A stretch of DNA of 58,415 nt from assembly GCA_012026655.1 (NCBI GenBank), contig JAAILG010002055.1, positions 1-58,415 of the forward strand, written 5' to 3'. Under the pieces are notes generated by a model. That model did no database searches, was not told where the DNA came from, and saw only the letters and a program-made list of their open reading frames with translations. The stretch comes from Hydrolagus affinis (taxonomy: Eukaryota). Positions within the stretch are counted from its first letter, which is position 1, and each line of letters begins with the position of its first letter. Positions 37,661-50,570 of this stretch are shown here, piece after piece. The position numbers and the translations under genes were made by a program.

Positions 37661-40600
37661 TTCACTGAGCATGAATGCATGGTTACCTTTTAAAAAAAAC
37701 AGTGCAATGAAATGCATATCGTTTGCTGGCACACACCGATTGGCAAAAAAGAAACTTTTGCACTGTGTGTTTTGTTAGTGAAACATTAAGCAACCCACAC
37801 ATTAGTTTGGCCTGCAGAATCTCACGCGCGAAAATCAAGCAAACAGATGCAAAGCATTATCTCTACCATAAGATCTGCAGTTTTCAAAAAAAATTAGTAA
37901 TACTTCAGATTCAGTACGACAAGAAATACTAAGTACCATTTATGTTTTGACTATAATAGCCGACATAGTTAATAAGAGTAATACAGTGTGTCAAGGGATT
38001 TCTGATCTTATCATTTCAGTCCACAGACTGTAATTTTTTTGTGTACATATCGCATTTCCTGTAAAGCCCCAAAATACATAATTGAGATAGGGCTCCTTAT
38101 TATTATAACCGAAGAGGAGAAAAATATTTTTTATGATTCGCATGTCGAGGCTGCTTTTAACGTGAGATTAGCATGGCAACATTGCAGGTTTTTTTATTAT
38201 CTTTGGGCTGTTCTTGTAAATATCTGTCTGCCTGTAGCATTAGAATGAAAGCAGACAGGATGGAGCCCGTTTGAAAAAAGCACATGATAATTAGAGGGAA
38301 TGCTACAACTTCATTTCCGTAAAGAACCAGAAGACTCCGTGTTTAGACAGACCTATAAGTCCCCTTGTGACCTTACTCTGATATTTAACAAAACATTAAT
38401 CTTCTTGCCACCAATTATAAAGAATACAGTGATGTAGCTCTTGCTCAGCTAGTGAGTAATAGTAATTCTATTGTTCTCAGTTATTTATGCCCCGGCTGTG
38501 CCAGGCAGATGAGGTAAGTTGAGGCATATAAATGTTATTATTCAAAACCAGTAATACATAAAGGCTGATTACACAAGTGTCTGCTTCTTAGCTACATTGG
38601 TCCACACCTCCACACACAATTCAATGCTGTAGCATTTCAACGTTTTATAGATACAAAATCCCCCCCCGCTGCTATTCTCCAACTGAATTACTGCTCTGCA
38701 GTCTTAAAATCTGCTGACAGCACTTGCCCTGAAAATAAACGCATAGGTGTTCTTCCCCTCCTGTTCCTAAATCACGGCATCGCGGATTGAAATTACTGAA
38801 TGCCGTTTGCATGCCGTGCAACTTTTCTTCATAAATACGCATTTTAAAAAAAGTACGTGTGTACGTGCATGAGATCCTGGTGCCTTATTCCACCTAATTG
38901 GAGCTTCGATCAAATTATCAATAGTTGTCATTAGCAGAGGAAAAGCAAAGTTTCAATCGCTTGGAAGAAACAAAGGTCCACAAAGAAGATGCGCTCAGAA
39001 TATTCATGAACATCTTAATGGATCCAGTTTAGCGCTGTAAATCATTTTGTGCACAAATAACTTCACAATGCTAAGTCATCATTTCAGAGGTCACTAATAG
39101 TGACTGCTTTTATATGAAGGACACCTTTATAGGCTGCAATAAATGCAACGTTGTCCCCTATATTTTTTATTAGTAGTATTATGACCCCAGTCTGAACTGG
39201 CCACGCATGATCAGTTAAGCTCCATATCATGACAGATGCTTATCCTAACACAAAATATTGGGCAAAAGTTATGATGAATCTGTAAAATGAGCTTACTTCA
39301 TACTCAGTAAGCAAACGCTGACAAATTTTCAATGCTTGACATTCATTAGATTTAATTATCAGCCAGTGGAGGTCAAATGATCTTTTTTACAAGTCTTTTG
39401 TCTGCTTATATTTTCTTGTGCTATTACAGACAAGAATTGTGTAGGGTTTGGACGTGTCGTACAGATCCTTTGTAAAAGCAATCTCGTTTCATCTTATAGA
39501 GATTTAAACTTCAACACTGTACAGTACACAGCTTTTACTTTTCCAACAGCTTTTAATGGCATAGTATCAATACTGTATTCATACTGACAGGTGCTGCATA
39601 CAAGAGGGCATCTAAGTGACTTGCATTGGCTTCACCAATATGCTTTGTGTAGGATCATATACTGCCGTCACCTTCACATTCCACAGCTCATCTGTTGACA
39701 TGTGCAAAGAGGAAAGCAGATGGAGCGAAATGCGATTACTAGTAAAGGATAGACAATTTCACGTGACTGAAGAAATCAGCCTCGATTGGTCTCAGTTTGA
39801 TGTGTTACAGAAGGTGTTGCTCAGGTTCAGGCACATTATTGCAATTTTGACCTTTATTTTGATCATTCAGTGAATGTCAAAGATAAGATAGATTAGATAT
39901 TGACTTGGATTGTGAAGTGCAGCAACACGTTCCTAGTTAAGAATTGGTTCAGCAAATCTTGTCACATCTATAATTACAGTAATACTTGAGCACCTCGGAT
40001 TTCTTTCATGCTTTATTACTAGACATGGGGCCAAAGGTAAATGATCAAAGAACCAATCTAACTACCCAACAAATATGTTTCTTTTAATTGAACGCTGACC
40101 GATATTTCTGAAGAAATGGTACCTTCTTTTAACTTGCCCTAAGGCAACCTTTTATACATAAAAAAGGTAACAATGATGGAAACTTGCACGTTGTTAGGAC
40201 ATCTGTTTGTTTATGGTAACTGGATGAGGAAGAATCTCAAGTCAGATTATTAATGTGTCAGAAGATTTTCAACACTCATCCAAGTAATCTATTCAATGGC
40301 GTTTAAACAGTAAGCTGTCAGGCCTGGCTCATCCCTTTGATGTAGTATTGGGCAAACAACTAGCAGTGATGGACCCTGATCATTTTCACCAAGAATGACC
40401 TTCCCGGCCTCCGAAGATGAAAAGAAGTATCACTGCTGTTCTCGCTCTCTCTCTCTCTCCCTCTCCTTTTATAGTCATTCACACAAAAAATCAACACTTT
40501 GATATGCTAATCAAGCCAACTTCATAAAATTTAACCTCAGAGAATTGTCTTGCAAAGAGTTGGCTATCTTCAGCAAACTCAATAAAAAGAACAATTGACT

Positions 40601-42654
40601 CTAGAATATTGTATGAGTTCACAAAGCATTGTGAACTAATCTATACAACACCAATACTTAATGGGCCCAAACCATTAGCATCGTTATCTGTTGAGAATGC
40701 AATGGGAGATTTCTCAGATATGCAGGACTATTGTTCTCTTCAATGAGGGTAAGAATGGATTTTACAGATGATCTTTTATGCCCAGATCTGTGTTATTCAT
40801 TAAGTACTTAGTAAATCTTCCTTTTAAATACAGGAGGTGCACCTACTGGGGCCCACACTGGAACTAGGAGATACAATAATGGCACTTTTGACCTCACTGC
40901 ATTTATGAAGCTTTCAACTCCTGTCCCAATCTGCTACTTTATATCAGAAACCCATGCTATAAAGTGTAACTAGCATGTAGAACACACTGCTGTGGAGGTC
41001 TGACAGTTGCATTCATGAAACCATTCCCTCTTTGCAGGCGTAATCAATCTCCTGTTGTTATCAGCAGGGGAGTGAATCTTCTTTGCTTTATTGCTTAAAA
41101 GTAGTTTTGAACAAATTCCATTTTAACAGCAGCACTCACATGATTAAAAGGGCAAGACGCAGAGCCAAGAACGATCTCATCTGAATATAGCCTGGAGTTT
41201 TTTGTTTATGTTTTCTCTACATCTTTAACAAAGTTCATTTATATGTTAATATTTGCCAGCACCCCTCACTAACCAGCCATAATTGTTTCATGGGAAGCTG
41301 ACAAATTTTGTCAGCTAGTCTATGCTTCCACATTTCAATGCTGGCAATAATCTTGATTAGCAAAACAATGGGGGCCAGAGGGTCCTGCTGTTCCTAAGAC
41401 CCCGCTCTCAGGTTACAGTTTGCTAATGTGGTGGATCGTCAATGCTGAGGCTTGAAAAAATTCTCAAAAGGAGCAGAATTTAGGCAAATGAAGGAACCCA
41501 TTTTTCACACACAAAGGGGTTAATTCAATTGAATATGTCTCCAATGACTTATAATAATCATTTACTTAACAAACACATTGTGCACAATTCAATGGGACCT
41601 GGTGATTTCTAAAAGTAAAGTTATAAAGGAATATCTGTTTATTCAAGCTGTGTGGGAAATATAGGCACAGCAGTAATTACAGAATGTAGTATCAATGCTT
41701 GTTTAGCAAACTACTGTGAACTCTTGCAAACATTTCAGAGAAGCTCACTGGAAATCAAATTCAAGGACTTTTACTTACAGGTTCGATATTTAATGTTATC
41801 GCCATGGATTAGCTTTAAAGCGTCCAAATGAACAATAAGGCAGATTTGGGGATAGGAAGTGAAATGGAGAACAAAGTAATAAGGCAGCAGCGTCACAAAA
41901 GAACGGTCGTGAAGGCAACAAAAGGTAAGAAAAATGGAGGAATAACTCATACAAAAAATAGCTGGAAAAGGCGCATATGTAAAGCGAGGAAATGGCTTGA
42001 GCGTTTGACAGAATAAAGTACTATTTTCCCGCACAAGGAAAGCGAAATGAAAGAAAGATATAGCCAACAACATAAATATAACACAGTAATTAAATACAAA
42101 GCACAGGGCTTCAGTTTTACATGGATTCGAAATGAACCCAACCAGGCTCAACGCTTAGATAAATCAGGATTCAAAGCTCCGAAAAGCTAACTGGCTGGTT
42201 TTGTTCCAATTCATTCATTCAGTTGAGCATTGTGAAGAATGTTTAGTTATATATTAAAATCCAAGGTACAACCAGTTCTAAACAAATCCAACAAAAAATT
42301 CCATTACTTTTCAGAAGAGCAAAGGGCCAAAGGTCTTCCTTCTACTTTTGTAGTTGGGAAAGTCAGCATTTTAATGCATTAATATTATAATTTCAGTTAA
42401 TTGTTATCTCTTAGCAGATAAGAGATGCACATTTTCTGAGAAACAGTAGCAGAGGACTATATCAGAGCAAACAAAATGTTCTCCAGGAAGAAATTGAACT
42501 TCACTGACTACATTTTCAGGAAAAGCAAATAATTTTAGGCAAACAATGAAGTACTTTTCCTTTGTTTGAAAACTTGCTTAACAAAGAGGAGATTAAAAAC
42601 ATTAACACTTCATAATACTCAGACTGTGTGGAATTCATGTCAATGCAGAATCTC

Positions 42655-42682
42655 GAGAGAGAGAGAGAGCGAGAGAGAGAGA
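42655..42682. repeat. (GA)n microsatellite
   Basis: Direct reading. Confidence 0.95.
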
Positions 42683-43596
42683 GCCATGTTGTGGCAGTCT
42701 TTTTGCTATCACTACAACGGGCTGTTGGGAATATATTGAAATCCCTGTATAATAGGTTTGACCTTAAACATGTCAATCCATGCCAAAGCATTGTTAATTT
42801 TAACTTTGTCAGAAATTTTCACAATCAGCTCACATATTGCTTCATTAATACACATTCTTTGAGGTGAGTCACAGCCCAATCAATTGAGAATGAAAGGAAG
42901 AAAGATTAATTTAGCGCAAACATGTGCAGTGACATAATTATACGTGTTGTTTATGAACCTCTGGAGCCATGTCAAAAAGCAGCACCCCCAACTGTGACAT
43001 AAAGGCTTAATCCAAATCTACAAAAAATCTGTTCCAACTTTTAGTAAAAACACGGAAGTTATCTCACTTCAGGGCAACATAAAAACTGTAAATGTATAAT
43101 GAGGTATGATATTATTACACAAACATTTACAGTCAGTGATTCATTAACCATAAAAATAGTTCTAAATTAGAACATTTAATATACTCTGAGGTGAAAGATT
43201 GTGCATTTTTTTGTCAGCAACTATGAAAGTTTGTCTGAGTATTTTCTGGTGCTGCTTGAATCCAATTGAGTATATGATATGACTAATCTCTTTTCCTAAT
43301 GCATTTTGTTTCTGATTTTAATTTGTATTCGTTTTGGATTTCTAGCACTATAAACCGATAAACTTGGACTGAATTCACTTACTTAACCCACATATCTGAG
43401 TTTAGTTGAGTGGCCGGCAAGTAATGGCATCCTTTGCTCTAGTACAATTGCCATTTAACCTTTCAGAGAGCACAACTAGTTATCTTCCCAAATAGCACAT
43501 TTATTAATTTTACATATTGAGATTATTCTGAGGTTATGGCATACACAGAAACCATATCTGATTCCCTCAAAATAAACAATTAACTTTACAAGATAG

Positions 43597-43659
43597 TGTG
43601 AAGTGATTTGAGACGTCTTGAAGACGTGATAATGCACTGTATCAAGTGCGAGCATTATT
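43597..43659 (+). mobile_element. SINE family A tail
   Basis: TGTGAAGTGATTTGAGACGTCTTGAAGACGTGATAATGCACTGTATCAAGTGC. Confidence 0.75.
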
Positions 43660-44589
43660 TCTCTCTTTCCTGAACCATAATTTCATTTAAGAGATTTACA
43701 AGACATGTTCTAATCATTACAGGAAGTCAGTCAGTTTACAGAAGCTACAAAGGAGCAAGCGATGGGTTAATTCCGAATAGCTCTGCCGTTAAAATACAGA
43801 ACTTTTTTTGTTGTAGCTGTACCGATTCAGTGTTGAACTCCTTCAGAATGTGGTATAAATTAAACGTGATGAATCCATAGATCTTTTATATGTTAAAAAA
43901 ACGCCCACCAGTATTTCAAAGAGAATGACAATCTTTATTATTGAGATTTGCTAAATATTGCTTTGTAAAGATTTTTTATCAAGGGGCCAATTGCAGGTGC
44001 AGATTGAGCCTTCATACTTATAGAATATAGAAACCTATCATTAATCATTGTTCATTAGCATATTTGAAGCCTTTCTGAGCCCTGACAGACTGTATTGCTC
44101 TCCCAGCCTATTAAAGAAGCCACTGACAAGACCTTTGTGGAATTTCTTTTGTGTTGTGGATTTTCATAATTAATCAATATAAAAGGAAGAGGAACGATTA
44201 TCTAGGAAAGATACATTACCAGCTAATTAAAAGGCTTGTTCACCTTTAACATGCAGGAATCATTATACCTTCCTACATCAAGCTGCAATGCATTACTACA
44301 GTTATCTGTGGCTGCACATGACTCATTGTGACCTGAGTCACACGACTATGTTTTGCAGAATAGTTTTTATTTTCCCTAGCCTTTGTTTCCTTGTTTTCAC
44401 ATGAAATGTCGTGAGAATTGGATGAGAAGAAAATCAATTTGTGCCAAACAGATATAGTTTTAATCTCTGCTTTATTGTGCACTTTCTGAGAAAAGAAATT
44501 CTAGAAGTGTGCAACAGATATTACCGCGGGTTGACTCTGTCAGAACTACAAAGTACATATACCTACAAGTGTGTTCCATGGGTGTCAGG

Positions 44590-44900
44590 ACATGAAGTCT
44601 AGACTGACATTTGAGTGCAGCAATGGGGGAAGCACACTATATTGTCAGGGATCCTGTGTTTTGGATGAGACTTTAAAACCAAACACCTAAATACTTTTGT
44701 ATGGAAGACATGAAAAATCCCATGCTATTATTTGAAGAAAGCCTGGAGTTTCTCTCTGTCTCCTGGTCAACAATCCTCCAGATTAATTGGTTATTCACCC
44801 CATGACTGTGTGTTTGTGTAAAACAAATTACTAAACTTTGACAATAATCACTGGTGATGTGCCTTCAACATGATAATGTTCTATAAAAAGCAAGTGTTTT
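44590..44900 (+). mobile_element. DeuSINE-like, diverged
   Basis: CTAGACTGACA...TTTTGGATGAGACTTTAAA...AAATCCCATGCTATTATTTGAAGAA...TCCTGGTCAACAAT. Confidence 0.7.
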
Positions 44901-45126
44901 TTTATTTAAAGGATTAGAGTAAAGCTGTACAGATGTTTCAGATCAGGAGAGAATCAGCACTGGTTGCAATTTTCACTCTCACTACCGTACGTTCACATAC
45001 AGTGCGCAAAACGACCACACGGTTGAGATGCCAGGAAGTTGCTATCAACCACAAATCTGTTTGTACTCCAAAACATGGATCACTGAACTTTCAAGTGAGA
45101 AGGAAAGAAAAGTGTATGGAATAAGT

Positions 45127-45415
45127 AACAACAACAAAACAAAACTAGATTTGTTGAGAGGACTTTGAAGTTGAGAGGACGTCTCAAGTCGCCTGACAAT
45201 CAGTGTTTGGGAGCTGAGATAGGTCTTGAAGGAGGTAGAGGAGGGGGTGAGGTGGAGGGACTATGGGCTGACGTTCCAGAAAGTGGCAGCAGAGTGGCAG
45301 AAGGCCCACCTGCCAACGGTGGGGCGGGTGAGACGGGGGACCAGAAGCACTCTAGAGCCCATTGAGTGGAGGGAGCAGGCAGGTCAGTAAGGGGTTAGAG
45401 GTCGCAGAGATAGGG
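45127..45415 (-). mobile_element. L2 LINE 3' fragment
   Basis: Reverse complement of 49071-49428 (GGCAGAAGGCCC..C; GGGGCGGG.GAG); (AAC)n tail. Confidence 0.85.
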
Positions 45416-45631
45416 GAAGAACTAATTTTCAAGTGTACTTCAAACAACTGAAAATCTTACTTAAAAAACTCACTTAAAAAAAAGTGAGAACTTTGATGAA
45501 AGTGGGGTCCATTAAAAAAAGAGCAATTAGTTGTCAAAACTCCAGATCAAGGAAAAGCATTTAAATGTATGCTGCCCGAACATCAGCCCTTTAGGCAGGA
45601 TACTTCCCATCAGACAGCATTAACAACAATA

Positions 45632-45735
45632 ATTATTATAGTAATCCTTGCATTTGATATAGCGCTTATCACGTCTTCTGGATGTCTCACAACTCTTCAC
45701 AGAATATACTGGAAAATGAATTGACTGTACATATG
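45632..45735 (-). mobile_element. SINE family A 3' fragment
   Basis: TAATCCTTGCATTTGATATAGCGCTTATCACGTC...TGAATTGACTGTA. Confidence 0.88.
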
Positions 45736-45804
45736 TGAGTATTGTGTTATATGTATATTAAATTTTAGTAAACTTGCTCAAGTCCCCTTGTTAAAGGCGC
45801 ATGA

Positions 45805-45857
45805 ACCCCGACATGAAAGGCACTCTATAAATGTAATTTTGTATTTTGTTGTTGTTG
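45805..45857 (+). mobile_element. tail-only L2 insertion
   Basis: CCCGACATGAAAGGCACTCTATAAATGTAATTTT...(GTT)n. Confidence 0.8.
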
Positions 45858-45980
45858 CCGTCTACTTAGTTCATAAAGGTAAGGCAACAGAAAACTCATG
45901 TCTAACCTTCAAGACTCATTTAATGTAGAGGAACTGAAATTAAGCTAAGTTTACTTTTCATATTGAATGTTTTATTGATA

Positions 45981-46018
45981 AAAGGCACTATCTCAAATGC
46001 AAGTATTATTATTATTAT
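45981..46018 (+). mobile_element. SINE family A extreme tail
   Basis: AAAGGCACTATCTCAAATGCAAGTA(TTA)n. Confidence 0.7.
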
Positions 46019-46447
46019 AAGCATTACTATATTCAATGTCAAAGACAAACATACTGCACTGCGATGAATGCAGTCTGATTCAGTAGTGTTTGTGAATGTA
46101 TTAACAGGTTTGTGGATATTCACGACATTCTGATGCAAGTACTGTTGCACAACACATTCAGAAAATATTCATGCAATACAAAGCTATATATTATTATGTC
46201 TAAAGGCACACTTTTTAATTGCTGTGGAATTTTGGTAACTGAATGCAAGTAAGTAGAAATGTTTGTCTGCACAACCTGTTAATACTGCAGTTAAGCATGA
46301 TGGGAAGTTAAAAACAACTTGCATTCACATTCGTATAGGTGAAAGCCGCAAACCGTTTAACTGTGGGAGCTGTAGGAGCTGATGGATACTGAGCAAAAAA
46401 AGTGGGACTAATTCAAAAGTGACCAAACGCACAGTCAAAGATACAAA

Positions 46448-46522
46448 AATAATAATCCTTGCATTTGATATTTCACTTTATCACATCTTCAAGACGTCTT
46501 AAAGCACTTCACAGAATATTTT
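46448..46522 (-). mobile_element. SINE family A tail
   Basis: (AAT)n-CCTTGCATTTGATA...AAAGCACTTCACAGAATAT. Confidence 0.85.
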
Positions 46523-46549
46523 GGGAACTGAGGACATTTTTGACAACAG

Positions 46550-47058
46550 GCAGAGCCATCCTTCCTTGGACACCTCATAATAGAAAATATATTTCACTGA
46601 TCGAGAAGATTTACAAGGATGATACCAGAGAAAATTATACAAAAAGACTTAAGACACTGGGACAATTCTCACTGGGACTGAAAAGGTTAAGAGAAGATTC
46701 TAATAATTCTGTAATACTAAGAATATGAATGGTTTTGGTAGAATAAAATAAAGAGAGAGCGATCATTTCCACTTCTCCATGAGTCAGGAACAGAAGGAAA
46801 ATAAACTGTGGATAAACACCAGGAGGAAAAAGGGGGAAGTATAAAAAAACTACACAATAGGTTGCAAGAATGTGGAATGCCTTATCACAGATTGCTGTTT
46901 CAGCAAAGCCTATAACAGTGTTCAGAAGGGAACTGGATAAATACTTGAGGGAAAATAATATTAAAAGGACACATGGGAAAAGGAATTAGAGCAGATAGCT
47001 CAGTGGGGGACATTATATGGGCCTAATGGCTTCCTCTGTGCTGTAAAACTTTCCATGA
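46550..47058 (+). mobile_element. CR1 LINE ORF2 C-terminus + 3' UTR
   Basis: WTPHNRK.I...YTKRLKTLGQFSLGLKRLRED, later MWNAL and FRRELDKYL, then ATGGGCCTAATGGCTTCCTCTGTGCTGTAA. Confidence 0.88.
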
Positions 47059-47952
47059 ATGAATAGGATCTTGGTGCAAGGAAGATGTTTTATAATCTGA
47101 CCTTCTTCATTCCAGTGCTCTTCACACAGTGAAACGATTGCCTCAGTAGTACCTCAAAACAGGGGGAGGGAGATCCTCACAAACTGAGTGAAACATCTGC
47201 AGATTTGCTCAAATCAAAGCCTGCCTTGGCTAATGTATCCACATAGTATGTTTAGTAAACAGTTGGCGGCAGCTCTGACAGCAGGTCTACAGATGCTGTT
47301 TACAGTAACCTTTATGAGACTAGCCCACAAGCTAGAATCAGATCTTGTAGAATTTTCTTAGTTACCACTGAAGGCTACTTATTTGCTGTGAAATAACAGA
47401 GTGGGATATGTTCCATTAACTGCTTTGCCAGACTTTGTCCAGAGACGCAGGACTCAAAATATGTCCCCCCTCAGGACACTGAGCCTTTTGTGAAAATTCT
47501 TTGTTTCGTCAATTTAACAGGTCAGAGCTCTCTTACCATTCTTATGTTGCTGCTCAGATTTATTTGGCAGGAGGATAAAATGAAAGAACAACAATATCCT
47601 ACTACAGAGGATGTGACGTGGCACAACAAGGCATCTCAGGAGAAGCTGGAGAGCCATTTGTTCCTGGATCATGCAACTCAAGGCTATACGCGAGACCATG
47701 CTGTGTGCAAAATGGCTATTGAGTTTGTCGACTAAAATCAAGGATTCACTGGAAAGTGTCTTGTTTCGACTTGATAAGGAACTGTAAAATTGCAAGTTCT
47801 TTCTTATTTATCAATGAATACATTGAGCCGCCACAGCAGATGCTCCATAGGCTGCAATATGTTTCAATACCATCTCCGCTGACTCAGATATCATCAACCT
47901 CAAAGTGTGACAAAGCCACGGCATTCTTGTTGTTAATTTGAAAGTAACTCCT

Positions 47953-47998
47953 GTAAGGCTGGCTCAGTTGGTAGCACTCTTACCTCTGCGACAAACAA
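47953..47998 (+). mobile_element. DeuSINE-type tRNA head fragment
   Basis: GGCTGGCTCAGTTGGTAGCACTCTTACCTCTG matches the head of 31840-32246, not family A. Confidence 0.65.
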
Positions 47999-48000
47999 CC

Positions 48001-48248
48001 CAGGGCAAAATCTTGGGTAAGTTTCCTTACTCCACACGCCTAATAATAATCCTTCCCAAAAAAGCATAATAATAAAATTGGTTATTTTCGATCCACAACT
48101 GTTCGAGGGACATTGCTGTGCGCAATTGGCTGCGCGTTTCGCCCACATATATACAATCAATTCACTTTACAGTACATTCTGTGAAGCGCTTTGAGACATT
48201 GATAAGATGTGAAAAGCGTTATATCAAAAATGTAAGGATTATTATTAT
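48001..48248 (+). mobile_element. SINE family A, short variant, headless
   Basis: CAGGGCAAAATCTTGGGTAAGTTTCCTTACTCCACACGCCTAATAATAAT...tail. Confidence 0.92.
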
Positions 48249-48647
48249 CCCATTGAATGAATGATTGCCAGTTTGTGATCTTGTGGCATCCGCAGAGTGG
48301 TGATTCTGCGAAGACTCAGACAACCGCCTAAATACCAGGTTGGCCAACATTTGATCGGTATGTAATCAGCTGCTTGAACGTGAATAGATTGCACGTTTCG
48401 ACAACTCTCAACTCATTGCTTTATTTCGAAACCTAAATCCATTACTCTGGATTCAATATATAGACTAGACTTTGGATGAAAAAACCTCTTTGGGCCTGTT
48501 TGACATTGGGTGAGTGGTTGTAAAGCTGCCAGGGATGGAAGAGATTTTTGATGCTGTTAGTTTTTAAGCTACTGTGAAATGCTAAAGTTTTCTTTCTCTT
48601 TTTCTAAATTTGCACTTTTCAGCTTCACATCATTTACTACATGTATA

Positions 48648-48712
48648 TAATAATAATAATCCTTACATTTGATAGAGCACTTTTCACATCTTACCGACGT
48701 CTCAAAGCACTT
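48648..48712 (-). mobile_element. SINE family A tail
   Basis: (TAA)n-TCCTTACATTTGATAGAGCACTTTTCACATCTTACCGACGTCTCAAAGCACTT. Confidence 0.88.
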
Positions 48713-48917
48713 ATAATATATTTTATACATGCACACATAATATTGCAAGTTAATTTTTATATCTGCCATTGTTTTTCTTCCCAGCTCAGTACCATCTCAT
48801 GTTTAACATCTTGCACTTATTTTGTCTTTACAGTGAGCATGTCGATTTAAACAACAACACCAAAAAATTTGAAATGCTACCCAGCACAACACATTGAAAT
48901 GTGATAGAAATGCTTTG

Positions 48918-49065
48918 CTCCCCAATACCTCAGTGGGTAAATGGACCAATTAGCAGAAGTACAACTGAACCAGATGGACCGGGAAGGTCCCAGGTCATTA
49001 CTAGTCAGCTGATTTTGGCTGAGACAGTTTTGGAGGTGCTATAATGGCACTGATGGCGCTATAAT
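48918..49065 (+). mobile_element. family C 5' fragment (tRNA-like head)
   Basis: CTCAGTGGGTAAAT...ACTGAACCA...GGAAGGTCCCAGGTC...GGTGCTATAAT. Confidence 0.45.
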
Positions 49066-49070
49066 TACTT

Positions 49071-49428
49071 CCCCCTACCTCTATGACCTTCTAACCCTCT
49101 ACCAACCTGCCTGTTCAATCTGCTCAGCGGGCTCCAGCCTGCTCACATCCCCCACCTCGCCCGCCCCACTATTGGGAGGCGGGCCTTCTGCCACTCTACC
49201 CCCGCCCTTTGGAATTCTACCCCGCAGACCCTCCTCCATGCCCCCTCCCTTGCCTCTTTCAAGACCCAGCTCAAGACACTCCTCTTTAACCATGCCTACC
49301 CTCCTCCTCCCCCCACCGTTGTCTTCCACCCTTCCCAATCCCCAACTTGGGTCCAGAACACTGATTGTCCAGCACCTTAAGATCTCATCCCGACGTGAAA
49401 GGCACTGTACAAATATAAATTTGTTGTT
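49071..49428 (+). mobile_element. L2 LINE ORF2 C-terminus + 3' UTR
   Basis: TIGRRAFCHSTPALWNSTPQTLLHAPSLASFKTQLKTLLFNHAY, then CCCGACGTGAAAGGCACT and TTGTTG. Confidence 0.93.
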
Positions 49429-49810
49429 CATTATATTTAACTATACAACTTTACAAGACTAAAACAGGCAGCTGACACTCACTGCATAGACTCAACTTCC
49501 TGCAACACAATCACAGAACAGCATTGATTGTGGAGAAATGCAAGCTCAAATCATGGCACCCTCTGCAGGAGGAGAGAGCATTGAAGTGGATGGTAGTGCA
49601 TGGATTTATGGGGTGGGGGTCAGGAGGAAATGAAGAAAATGAATATAAATTAAAGTCTCGAGCTGCAAGTAAAATATCATTCCTTCCTCTCCACCCCACC
49701 CTGGAAATCATACAGAAATGCAATGTGCGTTCACTGAACTTCTTTCCACTGGCCAGCAAGTAACACAGTCTATTACTGATTTGGCCATGTCAAATATCTT
49801 TGATAACAAG

Positions 49811-50118
49811 AATAATCATCCTTGCATTTTATATAGTGCTTTTCACGTCTTCTAGGCATCTCAAAGCATTTCACAAAATATACTGTACAGAGAATTGACT
49901 GTATATTTGTGACCGAAGCGCAGCAGCCAACTGCACACAGCAGTATCCCACAAACGATCGTGGATTGAAATGATAAATTTATTATTGTTTTTTATCTTGA
50001 GGGATCATTATCAGGTGTGCGGAGTAATGAAACCTGCCCAAGATTTCACCATGCTGGGAATTGAACCAGGTCTCTCGTTTGTGAGGCAAATGCCCTAACC
50101 ACTAAGCTACAGGCCTCC
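49811..50118 (-). mobile_element. SINE family A, full-length short variant
   Basis: Minus-strand head GGAGGCCTGTAGCTTAGTGGTTAGGGCA...GGTTCAATTCC, body and tail. Confidence 0.93.
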
Positions 50119-50270
50119 ACTAGACCACCCAGGTATCACATACAGAAATCCATCACTATGCTTAAAAGTATCCAAACCAAACAAGAGTTCTACGAATCCC
50201 ATCTATTAGTCATAATTAAAAAGTGCACATTCTCAAATACAATAAAACTTACACAAGTCTGATCTGTATA

Positions 50271-50570
50271 ACAACAACAAAATTACATTTATAGAGCGTC
50301 TTTCACATAGGGAGGATGTTCCAAGGCACTGAACAGTCAGGGATTGGGACCCAAACAGGGGGGAGGGGGAGGGGAGGGGAGGGAGAGAGGTAGGAGGGCG
50401 ACAGAAGGCACAATCAAACAGGAGGGTCTTGTGACCGGCCTTAAGGAGGCAAGAGAAAGGGACTGTGGGATGGAGTTCCAGAGTTTGGGGGCAGAGAGGC
50501 TGAAAGCCCAGTCACCGATGTAAGGACAGGGGACATGGAGCAGACAGGGATGGGGGACGGGGGACATAGA
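50271..50570 (-). mobile_element. L2 LINE 3' fragment
   Basis: ORF 50337..50615 contains IGDWAFSLSAPKLWNSIPQSL; (AAC)n tail. Confidence 0.9.

Noticed and set aside
40616-40637. 9-bp hairpin AGTTCACAA-AGCA-TTGTGAACT (also small hairpins at 26207-26245 and 51883-51906)
   Set aside because: Within chance expectation for this length of AT-rich DNA; no supporting context.
49099-49462. Pro/Gly-rich ORFs at 49099, 49172, 54125-54530 and 45165
   Set aside because: These are alternative or antisense frames of L2 3' fragments.
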